Assembly: GCA_013333835.2 (NCBI GenBank)
Contig: JABCOB020000045.1
Location: 1 to 27,554 of the forward strand
DNA from: Bacteroidia bacterium
GTDB taxonomy: Bacteria > Bacteroidota > Bacteroidia > Bacteroidales > CAJPTX01
DNA: 27,554 bases
Direction: 5' to 3'
This document shows positions 1-8,805 of the stretch, piece by piece (within the stretch, counting starts at the first letter, position 1; every line of letters begins with the position of its first letter). Under the pieces are notes generated by a model. That model saw nothing but the letters and a program-made list of their open reading frames with translations. It did no database searches and was not told the DNA's origin. The position numbers were made by a program, and so were the translations under genes.

Positions 1-1344
1 AATCGCATCGTCTGGCTTAGAGGTAGATGCAGCGTTCGACTCGGGCATCTCTGCATGGAATAGCACCCCCCTATCTACCGCTACCCCCAGTAAGCCAAAC
101 ACATTGGTGAATCGGTTTGGGAATTCCACCTCCTTAAGATTAAGCCCTGTATAGGGGTTTTGCCCTATAAAACTCCCCACCCGAACGCTAATAGAGGGGA
201 GTGGATCGGCTCCGCTCAACTCCCGTTGCAACTTCGTCTGGTCGACAAGGCTGCTCCTACGAAGGACCTCCAGCTTCCGCTCATAATCGGCAAAGAGCTG
301 CTTTAGGTAGATCTCAAACCCGCGAATACAGGTAGCACCCCCCGTGAAGACTACGCCCGCGGTACTGGCCAGCTGGCGCTCTTGCCCAAGCATGTACAGG
401 CTCTCATATAGGCAGGCAAAGATGAGGGTAAGGGTCTCTTTCACCACCTCGTTAATCTGCTTCACAGCAACATCCCTGGCTAGCGGTTCGCCTTCCGCGT
501 CAGATTCCACCTCGTGCCGGGCAACCGCGGGTGTAATATCAGCCTCCCGCTGCACCTGTTCCTCTATATCCCTTACGCTGGGTTCCAATTTCTTACAGAG
601 TTCTACAAGCGCAAGATTCATCCCTACAGGAATAACGAAATAGTGCTGCAACACCCCCCTACGGTAAATGGCGACCTCCGTCCGGAGATGCCCAGCATTT
701 ACGAGTGCCACGCCCTCTCTCAACTCCCGCTGGGTAAGGAGCATACGAGCCGCCCCCCTTATTCCGAGACAAACGCCCTGCGGCGCAAGCCCGGCAAGCC
801 GCACTGCATTCTCTAGACGTCGCAAACTCTCGGTATTGGCAGAAAAGAGATTGAAAACGCACTGGAATTCCTGCGCGTAAGTACCCACAACCTCCCCCTC
901 TATCTCATCCTTATCGGCAAGGTAACGTACTGGTTCAGAATCTACCAACCGATGATAGGGTTCAAGGGGCGCTTCATTCACCTTTAGCGGCATCAGCGCA
1001 AAGTCGTCTTCGCTAATGCTGGTTACTAAGTCGTTAGCTCGCCGGTATTCGCAAACCTTCCGCCCGGTGAAGCTGGAGCATGTGAGGGTACCCGGCGCAT
1101 AGGCTATATAAACCTCGTTCACATCAAAGCCCACCTGCTCAGAGACCTCACGACGAATCGCCTTGATACAATCCTCAAGCACACGCCCATTGTAGATTTG
1201 CCCCTTATTATCTACCCCCTGGGTGCGGATGGAATCGTAGTACAACGTAGAATCCCAATGCCCATCAGCCTGCTGTATCTGCACGGCCAAAGTAGTCTTG
1301 TAAGCACCTACCTCTAGCGTGGCTATATAGTTTCGTTGGCCCAT
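1..1344 (-). CDS. ftsA: Cell division protein FtsA, highly diverged; 3' end runs off the window
   Basis: Hand-translated, open for 448 codons from ATG at 1344 (MGQRNYIATLEVGAYKTTLAV...). Actin-fold landmarks in order: LEVGAYKT, LLTQRELREGVALVNAGHLRTEVAIY, VIPVG, GVVFTGGA, SVRVG, FTNVFGLL. Lies directly after ftsQ. Missing from the ORF track because there is no stop in the window. Confidence 0.88.
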   Translation of the reverse strand, partial: MGQRNYIATLEVGAYKTTLAVQIQQADGHWDSTLYYDSIRTQGVDNKGQIYNGRVLEDCIKAIRREVSEQVGFDVNEVYIAYAPGTLTCSSFTGRKVCEYRRANDLVTSISEDDFALMPLKVNEAPLEPYHRLVDSEPVRYLADKDEIEGEVVGTYAQEFQCVFNLFSANTESLRRLENAVRLAGLAPQGVCLGIRGAARMLLTQRELREGVALVNAGHLRTEVAIYRRGVLQHYFVIPVGMNLALVELCKKLEPSVRDIEEQVQREADITPAVARHEVESDAEGEPLARDVAVKQINEVVKETLTLIFACLYESLYMLGQERQLASTAGVVFTGGATCIRGFEIYLKQLFADYERKLEVLRRSSLVDQTKLQRELSGADPLPSISVRVGSFIGQNPYTGLNLKEVEFPNRFTNVFGLLGVAVDRGVLFHAEMPESNAASTSKPDDAI

Positions 1345-1452
1345 GGCTGTAGCCTCCTATTACGCTTAAATTTTACCGTGAAGAACCCAAAGTTCTACAA
1401 TCTATATATCGCGATTGACGGCTTAGCAGCTCCGTCCGAATCGTTTGTTTTA

Positions 1453-2226
1453 TCATTCCCACTTGGTGCAAATCACCTGGTTAGTAAAGGCTAAATTGAT
1501 CTCTCGGTAGGCATCTAGTCCGGGCGCTGGGAGCGAAGCTTGGTAGAGCGAACGGAGCTTACGGAGCTTATAACGATAATCCTGGCACGGGCCAAGCACC
1601 ACTATAAAACCACCAACCCTAGGTATCAACTCTATCCGCTTGGCATTAGCCACATATACCTGGCCTATAAGCGAATGCCAGAGGGGGTGGTCATCCACAT
1701 AGCTAACAAACTCGAATAGCGCGCTCCAAAACAGCGAATCGGTCCCCTGCCCCACCTGCGCGGGCGGATAGCTAATATTCCCAGATACCACAAGGGTGTG
1801 TGCTGCATAGAGGCTATCGAGATTAAAGCGCATCCCCTCTCCGTCGATATAGCATGAACGCCCGTCTCTGCTCATAATCCGCACCTTCGGCCTCCTCTGC
1901 CAGAGGTCGATGCTCAGCATGCCGAGCGCATCGGTGTAAACCTGGCAAGTACGAACGGCCGGGAGCTTCATCAGATGCTGCTCTACAGCGTGCGTATTGA
2001 CCTCGTGCGCAGGGCGTCCGCGCAAATCACCCATTGTCACCCGCAAATACTCCTGCACCCGACGCGGCGTCACAAAGTTCAGCTCTCCGCTATCCATTAC
2101 CCTCACGCTCACACTGCGGCATATCACCCCTTCAGCCTTTGTTCGTGTGTAGCCATAGGTAAGCACGAAAAGGGCTATAAAGCCAAGTAAGGCAACGATT
2201 CCCAGAAGATTCCTCCGTTTAGACAT
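1453..2226 (-). CDS. ftsQ: Cell division protein FtsQ/DivIB, Bacteroidota type
   Basis: N-terminal TM helix, POTRA-like segment (VNTHAVEQHLMKLPAVRTCQVY), C-terminal YREINLAFTNQVICTK; position between murC and ftsA. Confidence 0.88.
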   Translation of the reverse strand: MSKRRNLLGIVALLGFIALFVLTYGYTRTKAEGVICRSVSVRVMDSGELNFVTPRRVQEYLRVTMGDLRGRPAHEVNTHAVEQHLMKLPAVRTCQVYTDALGMLSIDLWQRRPKVRIMSRDGRSCYIDGEGMRFNLDSLYAAHTLVVSGNISYPPAQVGQGTDSLFWSALFEFVSYVDDHPLWHSLIGQVYVANAKRIELIPRVGGFIVVLGPCQDYRYKLRKLRSLYQASLPAPGLDAYREINLAFTNQVICTKWE

Positions 2227-2229
2227 GGC

Positions 2230-3627
2230 TTAGCAATCCTTTAACCTTACAAGCTCGGCAATATCCTCTGCCATAGTGCCAATGCTCCCCGCCCCCATGG
2301 TAACGAGTACCTGAAAATCTATCGATTCTAGCATTGGGAGCAATTCAGACTGCTGCAGCAATAGGCAGGGGACGCTACGTGGCAGCAATTCGGCTATTAA
2401 CCCGGAGGTTACCCCCTCTATCGGTTCCTCGCGGGCTGGATATATCGGGAGTAGCAGCAATTCATCGACTCCGGACAGTGCTCTCGCAAAATCTACAGCT
2501 AAATCCCTAGTTCTCGTGTAAAGGTGCGGTTGGAACACGACTACTAGGCGATGCCCAGGAAAAGCAACCCGGACGGCTTGGATTACCGCTGCAATCTCCT
2601 CTGGATGATGCGCATAATCATCCACATAGGTCAGATTCCTAGAATTATAGCGTACCTCAAAGCGTCGGCGTACCCCCTTGAAGCTCGCCAAGTGCGGCAA
2701 CTGCTGCTCTAGCGGTACGCCCACAGCCTCCACTGCCGCTATACAGGCCAATGTATTTTCTACATTGAACTGGCCTGGTAAACCTATCTGCACATCAAGC
2801 CCGGCATCATCATACCTGTAGACGGTAAAGCGAGAATTAAGCCCTTCATAGTGAATTTTCCCCGCACGATAGCTAGCCTGCTCACCAAGCCCATAGGTGC
2901 AAAGCTGCAACCCCAGCATGCTGAAAAGGCGCGCAGTCCTCTCATTCACTATGAGTTTCTTATGCTGATTGAGCATGGCGAACTCTATGAAAGCATCTTC
3001 TACGCCTCTAAGGTTGCCGTAGATATCCAGGTGATCTGCCTGCACTGCCGTTACAACGCTCACCGCGGGGGTAAGCTGCAGAAAACTATGGTCGTACTCA
3101 TCAGCCTCGGTTACAAAAAGCCCCTTGCCTCGATCCTTCAGCACCAGATTGTTACCAGTATTCACGGCTATCCCCCCCAGTATGGCATCGCACCCAACAG
3201 TATTGGACAGCACATGGGCAACCATGGTGCTTACTGTCGTCTTGCCATGCGTTCCTGCTACCGCCACCGTTGTCCAGTTCCGAGAGATCAAGCCGAGAAT
3301 CTCCGCTCTCTTGTGCAAGGTATGCCCCTGAGCTATGAGATACCGCACCTCTGCATTGGCTGCGGGCACTGCCGGCGTGTAGATAACCAATGTGGATGCC
3401 GACGGCACGTAATACTCACGGGGAATAAGCTCAATGCTATCAGCATAGTGAATAGCCATGCCCTCAGATTCCAACTCGTGGGTAAGCTGGCTTGGCGTGA
3501 GGTCGTACCCCGCTACCTGGAGGCCTCTATGGCGGAAATAACGAGCCAAGGCACTCATGCCTATACCGCCTATTCCGAGGAGATATACCCTCTGTAGCAA
3601 CTGGAAATCAACTGTTTGACTACTCAT
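2230..3627 (-). CDS. murC: UDP-N-acetylmuramate--L-alanine ligase
   Basis: GIGGIGMSALA, AGTHGKTT P-loop, EADEYD, DHLDIY, DDYAHHP, FQPHLYTRT motifs. Confidence 0.98.
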   Translation of the reverse strand: MSSQTVDFQLLQRVYLLGIGGIGMSALARYFRHRGLQVAGYDLTPSQLTHELESEGMAIHYADSIELIPREYYVPSASTLVIYTPAVPAANAEVRYLIAQGHTLHKRAEILGLISRNWTTVAVAGTHGKTTVSTMVAHVLSNTVGCDAILGGIAVNTGNNLVLKDRGKGLFVTEADEYDHSFLQLTPAVSVVTAVQADHLDIYGNLRGVEDAFIEFAMLNQHKKLIVNERTARLFSMLGLQLCTYGLGEQASYRAGKIHYEGLNSRFTVYRYDDAGLDVQIGLPGQFNVENTLACIAAVEAVGVPLEQQLPHLASFKGVRRRFEVRYNSRNLTYVDDYAHHPEEIAAVIQAVRVAFPGHRLVVVFQPHLYTRTRDLAVDFARALSGVDELLLLPIYPAREEPIEGVTSGLIAELLPRSVPCLLLQQSELLPMLESIDFQVLVTMGAGSIGTMAEDIAELVRLKDC

Positions 3628-4756
3628 TTCTCAGTTCCTCCTTGGCCAGCTCCACTATGCTTCCCGCTATCACATTCGCCGCATTCGGATGGGCTAACAT
3701 CTGGATAGCCTGCCCCATGCGTGCGCACTCCGCAGCATCCTCCAGCAATGCGAATGCCCTAGGCAGCAATTCAACCACGGCCCTTTGGTCTCGAATCATC
3801 ACCACGGCGCCCTTCTGCTCAAGCTGCTCGGCATTGCGGGTCTGGTGATCCTCAGCCACATTCGGCGATGGGATTAGTATTGTGGGTTTTCCCACGACGC
3901 ACAACTCTGAAATGGAGATTGCGCCCGCCCGAGATACAATAATGTCTGCGGCAGCATACGCCAGATCCATCTGCTGGATGAAATCAACCACCTTTAGATT
4001 TTCTCCCCCATAGCCACTTACCGCCTGCACCACCTCTGCATAATACCCAGCTCCCGTCTGCAAGAATACCGTAACATCAGGGTGCTGAGCCAGTAGTGAA
4101 AGGTTCTTCACCACAGCATTATTGATAGAACCAGCACCCAAACTTCCTCCCATCACCAGCAGGATCTTCCCCCTCTGGGGTAATCCCAACTCGCGCCGTG
4201 CAGCCAGCGCCTCGGGCAACCTTCCATGCAGAAAGTTCCGTATCGGATTACCGCTCACCACCAGGTTTTCGCTAGGGAAAAAGCGTTCCATATGCTCATA
4301 AGCCACAAATATGCGTTTGGCCTTCCTCGCAAGCAATTGGTTTGCCTTCCCAGCATACCCATTCTGCTCTTGGAGTACAGTGGGAATCCCCAATTTTTGG
4401 GCAGCCTGCACTGCTGGCACGCTCGCGTATCCGCCCACTTCCACCACCACCTGCGGGCGGAATTTGAGCAATACCTTTCGGGCCATCTGGTTGCTCCTCC
4501 ACCATGCCCATAGGAACTGCAGGAGACGGAGCGGACGCATACCCCGGGGCATGCCCTTTATAGGAAGCCCGACTATCTGATAGCCGGCTGCGGGCACTCG
4601 CTCCATTTCCATTCGCCCCAGGGCTCCCACAAAAAGCAGCTTCACCTTAGGGTATAACGAGCCCACAGCACTGGCTATTGCCAATGCGGGGAATATGTGC
4701 CCGCCTGTGCCTCCCCCGGCTATCAATACCCTAATCTCCTGATCGCCACTAGACAT
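3620..4756 (-). CDS. murG: Lipid I N-acetylglucosaminyltransferase MurG
   Basis: GGGTGGHIFP, EQN, GNPIR, GGSLGA, SRAGA, DHQTRNA motifs. Confidence 0.98.
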   Translation of the reverse strand: MSSGDQEIRVLIAGGGTGGHIFPALAIASAVGSLYPKVKLLFVGALGRMEMERVPAAGYQIVGLPIKGMPRGMRPLRLLQFLWAWWRSNQMARKVLLKFRPQVVVEVGGYASVPAVQAAQKLGIPTVLQEQNGYAGKANQLLARKAKRIFVAYEHMERFFPSENLVVSGNPIRNFLHGRLPEALAARRELGLPQRGKILLVMGGSLGAGSINNAVVKNLSLLAQHPDVTVFLQTGAGYYAEVVQAVSGYGGENLKVVDFIQQMDLAYAAADIIVSRAGAISISELCVVGKPTILIPSPNVAEDHQTRNAEQLEQKGAVVMIRDQRAVVELLPRAFALLEDAAECARMGQAIQMLAHPNAANVIAGSIVELAKEELRNE

Positions 4757-4783
4757 CGGTAATCACTGCTTTAAATAACAAGA

Positions 4784-5977
4784 CTACTGAACCTCATTGC
4801 TCTCTGCCAATTCACCCTCGTAGAACTCCTTGGCTTGCTGCCGTGCCACACTTTGCACCATCCCTAACCCAACGCCAGTAACAAATATGGAATTACCGCC
4901 AAGGCTCACAAATGGTAACGGCAATCCTGTTACTGGAAGGAACCCCACGCAGATGAAAGCATGTACAAACGCCTGAAAGCAGATCATGAATCCTATCCCA
5001 GCACACAGATACGCCTGGTATGCGCTCTTACACCTAAGGGTTATAATCCGAATTCTCCACATCAGCAGCAGGTATATTGCCATTACCGCCAAGCCTCCCA
5101 GGAATCCGAATTCCTCAACTATTACAGCGTATATGAAGTCCTTATGGGCCTCTGGGAGTATAACCCGTTGAGTGCTTTTACCCACTCCCTTCCCAAACCA
5201 TAGCCCGCCTGCTACGGCTATTTTTGCCTGTGTTCCCTGGCCTTCATCCAGCTCTCCGTTGGCGAAATTCTGCAATCGTCCCTCCCAAGTAGCGCGTCGT
5301 TGCAGCCTATTCTGTATAGAGCTCAATCCTGGTATCCTCACAAATAGCAGCAGGGCAGCCAGCCCGAGTACCCCCACTCCAATCATCAGCAAATGGCGCA
5401 CCCGCACATTGCCCACCGTAAGCATAAAGATGCTGATGGCAAAAAGCAGGGCCGCCATCGACATATTATCCCGAACCGTAAGGGCGCACACTATACCTAT
5501 GTATACCAATGGCTTAAGCACTCCCTTTTGGAAATCAGACAAACTCTCCTGCGATTTGGAAAGCCATACGGCCAAATAAAGCACCAAGGGGATCTTCACC
5601 AACTCTGAGGCTTGGATAGTGACGCCCACCAACCGAAAGGAACGGCGGGCACTATTCACATCCATCCCCTTGAAAAACGTGAAAAGCAACAGTCCGATGC
5701 CTGCCCATAGAAGGAAACCTACCCAGGGTTTATACCTCCTAGTCGGGATCATCTGCACCACAAAAACACTCAGCACGCCTACCGAGAGTAGCCCGAATTG
5801 CTTGAGGAGTACACTCGTGGTGTCGCCATGCAGCACACGGTACGCGTAGGCCTCACTAGCGCTATACACCTCTACCAACGACACCAGCGCCAACGCTACC
5901 AGCGCTAGCCAAATGTAGAGATCGCCTCGCAGGAATACGCTATACCCACCTAACCGACTGGCCTTCGTTGTTTCCAT
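4784..5977 (-). CDS. ftsW: SEDS peptidoglycan polymerase FtsW
   Basis: Multi-TM protein with IQASELVK, GKGVGKS, LPEAHKDFIYAVIVEEFG, PVTGLPLPFVSLGG; between murD and murG. Confidence 0.95.
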   Translation of the reverse strand: METTKASRLGGYSVFLRGDLYIWLALVALALVSLVEVYSASEAYAYRVLHGDTTSVLLKQFGLLSVGVLSVFVVQMIPTRRYKPWVGFLLWAGIGLLLFTFFKGMDVNSARRSFRLVGVTIQASELVKIPLVLYLAVWLSKSQESLSDFQKGVLKPLVYIGIVCALTVRDNMSMAALLFAISIFMLTVGNVRVRHLLMIGVGVLGLAALLLFVRIPGLSSIQNRLQRRATWEGRLQNFANGELDEGQGTQAKIAVAGGLWFGKGVGKSTQRVILPEAHKDFIYAVIVEEFGFLGGLAVMAIYLLLMWRIRIITLRCKSAYQAYLCAGIGFMICFQAFVHAFICVGFLPVTGLPLPFVSLGGNSIFVTGVGLGMVQSVARQQAKEFYEGELAESNEVQ

Positions 5978-5981
5978 CTAC

Positions 5982-7331
5982 TTACAGCTCCATGACACAT
6001 CTCTTAAACTGATCGCCCCGATCCTCATAATTCTTGAATAGATCGAAACTTGCACAAGCTGGCGACAGCAGTACCGTATCGCCTGCTTTAGCCATGCCCT
6101 GCGCAGCTTTCACCGCATCGCTTGCCGAATGCGCATCCACTATCTGGGGTACCACATCGTCATAGCACGCATGCAGCTTGCTACTATCGGTAGTCAGGCA
6201 CACTATACCGCGTACCTTTTCTCGTACCAATGGGAGAAGCGTTCTGTAGTCATTCCCCTTGTCTGTTCCTCCTGCTATCCAGATCACATCGCCCTTCACG
6301 CTATCGAGTCCATACCACGCCGAATCTATATTGGTGGCCTTGCTATCATTGATATAGGCTACGCCACCCACGCTACGCACGAATTCGAGTCGATGCGCTA
6401 TCCCTTTAAAATCCATCAGTCCCTCACGTACTGCGGATTCTGGAACGCCTAGCACCAACGTCGCCACACCAGCAGCCAGGGCATTGTACACATTATGCCG
6501 ACCTCGCAGCGAGAGTTCATCTACTGCCATGCCGAAGGGAGGAACGCCAGGAACAGCGAATTGTAGAGCATGCCCACCGAGGTAGGCTGCCTGTCCGTTA
6601 GCTACCCGTTGAGAAACCGACAGCAACCTAGCGCCCAGCGAATGGTCCTTGAGGTAATTCATCGTTTCGGCATCATCTGCACAGTAGACCAGGCTATCGG
6701 CTGAAGTCATATTCTGCGCTATGCGGAATTTTGCCCTCACGTAGTTCGCCATCTGATGATCATATCTATCCAGGTGATCGGGCGTGATATTGAGCAGCAC
6801 CGCAACATCTGCCTTGAAATCATACATGTCGTCGAGCTGAAAACTGCTTATCTCCAGCACATAGTACGCATGTTCTCCTTGTGCCACCAGGCGAGCAAAA
6901 CTAGCACCAATATTGCCTGCAAGAGCAGCGTCTAGCCCTGCCTTCTGCATTATGTGATGGATAAGGCTTGTGGTTGTGGTCTTGCCGTTGCTGCCCGTTA
7001 TGCAAACCAGTTTAGCATGGGTGTATCGGCTAGCAAACTCTATCTCGCCTATTACAGGGATGCCGCGCCCTCTCACAGCAGATACCACTGGGGCATTAGC
7101 AGGAATTCCAGGGCTCTTCACCACCAACTCCGCCTCCAACAACCGTTCCAATGTATGCCCATTCTCCTCCCAGGCTATCGCATTGGCCTCCAGCTCGGCC
7201 TTACGTGGATCGGCTATCACCCCACTATCGCTCACAAGCACGTGGTAGCCCTCTCGAGCACCCAGAATAGCCGCACCTATTCCGCTCTCCCCAGCTCCCA
7301 GTACCACCAAGCGTTTACCCTTCGTTTCCAT
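5982..7331 (-). CDS. murD: UDP-N-acetylmuramoyl-L-alanine--D-glutamate ligase
   Basis: KSPGIP, ITGSNGKTTT, EISSFQL, DHLDRY, NDSKATN, LSPACASFD motifs. Confidence 0.98.
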   Translation of the reverse strand: METKGKRLVVLGAGESGIGAAILGAREGYHVLVSDSGVIADPRKAELEANAIAWEENGHTLERLLEAELVVKSPGIPANAPVVSAVRGRGIPVIGEIEFASRYTHAKLVCITGSNGKTTTTSLIHHIMQKAGLDAALAGNIGASFARLVAQGEHAYYVLEISSFQLDDMYDFKADVAVLLNITPDHLDRYDHQMANYVRAKFRIAQNMTSADSLVYCADDAETMNYLKDHSLGARLLSVSQRVANGQAAYLGGHALQFAVPGVPPFGMAVDELSLRGRHNVYNALAAGVATLVLGVPESAVREGLMDFKGIAHRLEFVRSVGGVAYINDSKATNIDSAWYGLDSVKGDVIWIAGGTDKGNDYRTLLPLVREKVRGIVCLTTDSSKLHACYDDVVPQIVDAHSASDAVKAAQGMAKAGDTVLLSPACASFDLFKNYEDRGDQFKRCVMEL

Positions 7332-7334
7332 AAC

Positions 7335-8573
7335 CTACCGAATCTTCAACGTTACGACCGTAAGCACGGCAAGCAGCACGCTCACCACCCAGAATCTGGC
7401 TACAATCCTAGGCTCTGGTACGCCCTTTTTCTGGTAATGGTGATGCAATGGCGCCATAAGTAGAATCCGTCGCCCCTCGCCATACCGTAGGCGGGTGAAC
7501 TTGAAATAGCCCACCTGCATCATTACCGAGAGGCTTTCTACCAGGAATACCCCGCACAGAATAGGAAGTAAAAGCTCTTTCCGCACCAGCACTGCAAAAA
7601 CTCCGATGATGCCCCCTATCGTAAGGCTTCCCGTATCGCCCATGAACACCTGCGCAGGGAAACTATTGAACCAGAAGAATCCCACCAAGGCGCCCAAAAA
7701 TGCGCTCATATAGACGACCAGCTCCCCCATCTCAGGAATGTACATGATCTTCAGGTACGATGAATAGATCACATTCCCAGAGAGATAGGCGAAAATCCCC
7801 AACGTCAGCACTATAGGAACGCTAACCCCCGTGGCGAGCCCGTCGAGCCCATCGGTCAGGTTTGCACCGTTGGATACCGCCGCAACAACAACTACAACTA
7901 CCACAACAAACAGCCCCCATGCAAGCCAATTGCCCGCATTGCCCCCTACTGGTATCATGCTACGGTAGTCTAGCTCGTTATTCTTCAGGAAGGGTATCGT
8001 AGTCTTCAGGCTCTTCTCCAACGGGCTAAGATGCACCGCGCGCCCAGGGGGCTCTGCTTGCACCTCTACCTCGCTCTCCACCGTGCTGCTCTGCGGTAAC
8101 CGTACACCGACCTCTGGGCTAAGGAACAGCATAGCCCCCACAAAAAGACCAAGCAAGGCCTGCCCAGCAAGCTTTACCCAACCAGAAAGTCCTTTCTTTT
8201 TATGCCGAAACACTTTTATGTAGTCATCCAGAGCTCCCAGCAAGCCTAACCATACCGTGGCTACCAGCATCACCAGCACATAGACGTTTCGCAAATCGGC
8301 CAATAGCAGCACTGGCACTAATGTTGCCCCCACTATCAGAATGCCCCCCATGGTTGGCGTCCCTCGCTTCTGCTGCTGCCCCTCCAGTCCCAGATCGCGT
8401 ACTTCCTCGCCTATTTGATATTGGCGCAATTTCTTGATAAACCAGTTCCCAAAGGGCATTAGTATCAATAGGGCGATGACAAATGCTGCACCCGACCTAA
8501 ACGATAGGTACTGCAGCAAGCCAGCTCCTGGAATATCCAGATTATGAAAGTATTGATACAGACAGTACAGCAT
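7335..8573 (-). CDS. mraY: Phospho-N-acetylmuramoyl-pentapeptide transferase
   Basis: GTPTMGG, DDYIK, NLTDGLDGLA, FMGDTGSL, APLHHHY motifs. Confidence 0.98.
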   Translation of the reverse strand: MLYCLYQYFHNLDIPGAGLLQYLSFRSGAAFVIALLILMPFGNWFIKKLRQYQIGEEVRDLGLEGQQQKRGTPTMGGILIVGATLVPVLLLADLRNVYVLVMLVATVWLGLLGALDDYIKVFRHKKKGLSGWVKLAGQALLGLFVGAMLFLSPEVGVRLPQSSTVESEVEVQAEPPGRAVHLSPLEKSLKTTIPFLKNNELDYRSMIPVGGNAGNWLAWGLFVVVVVVVVAAVSNGANLTDGLDGLATGVSVPIVLTLGIFAYLSGNVIYSSYLKIMYIPEMGELVVYMSAFLGALVGFFWFNSFPAQVFMGDTGSLTIGGIIGVFAVLVRKELLLPILCGVFLVESLSVMMQVGYFKFTRLRYGEGRRILLMAPLHHHYQKKGVPEPRIVARFWVVSVLLAVLTVVTLKIR

Positions 8574-8805
8574 GATTCCCTCTAGTATCCTTTACATTCA
8601 GTACATTAACCCAACCATTTCCTCACCCAGCACAGACTCTCGCCCTATTGGTCAATGGCAGAATCCTCTTGCCCCGTAGTTCAGAACCTTCTAAAATCAT
8701 CCGCCACCACTCTATTCCATCCCATACCACGTTTCCTTTCCGTTGCAAAGAGCAGATTACCGTTCCTACCCACCACGGAGTATTAGGCCAAACAGCCTGT
8801 ACCAC

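Noticed and set aside
4439..4441. MurG VEVGGY where VGxGGY is usual
   Set aside because: A single substitution outside the invariant GGY; all other motifs are intact and it could be a base error.
7960..8120. Large hydrophilic insertion in MraY
   Set aside because: The insert ending TTIPF.KNNE.DY is typical of Bacteroidota MraY.
8623..8805. 60-aa ORF between murE and mraY, considered as a murF remnant or small protein
   Set aside because: No Mur-ligase motifs and no recognisable features. murF lying outside the dcw cluster is normal in Bacteroidales.
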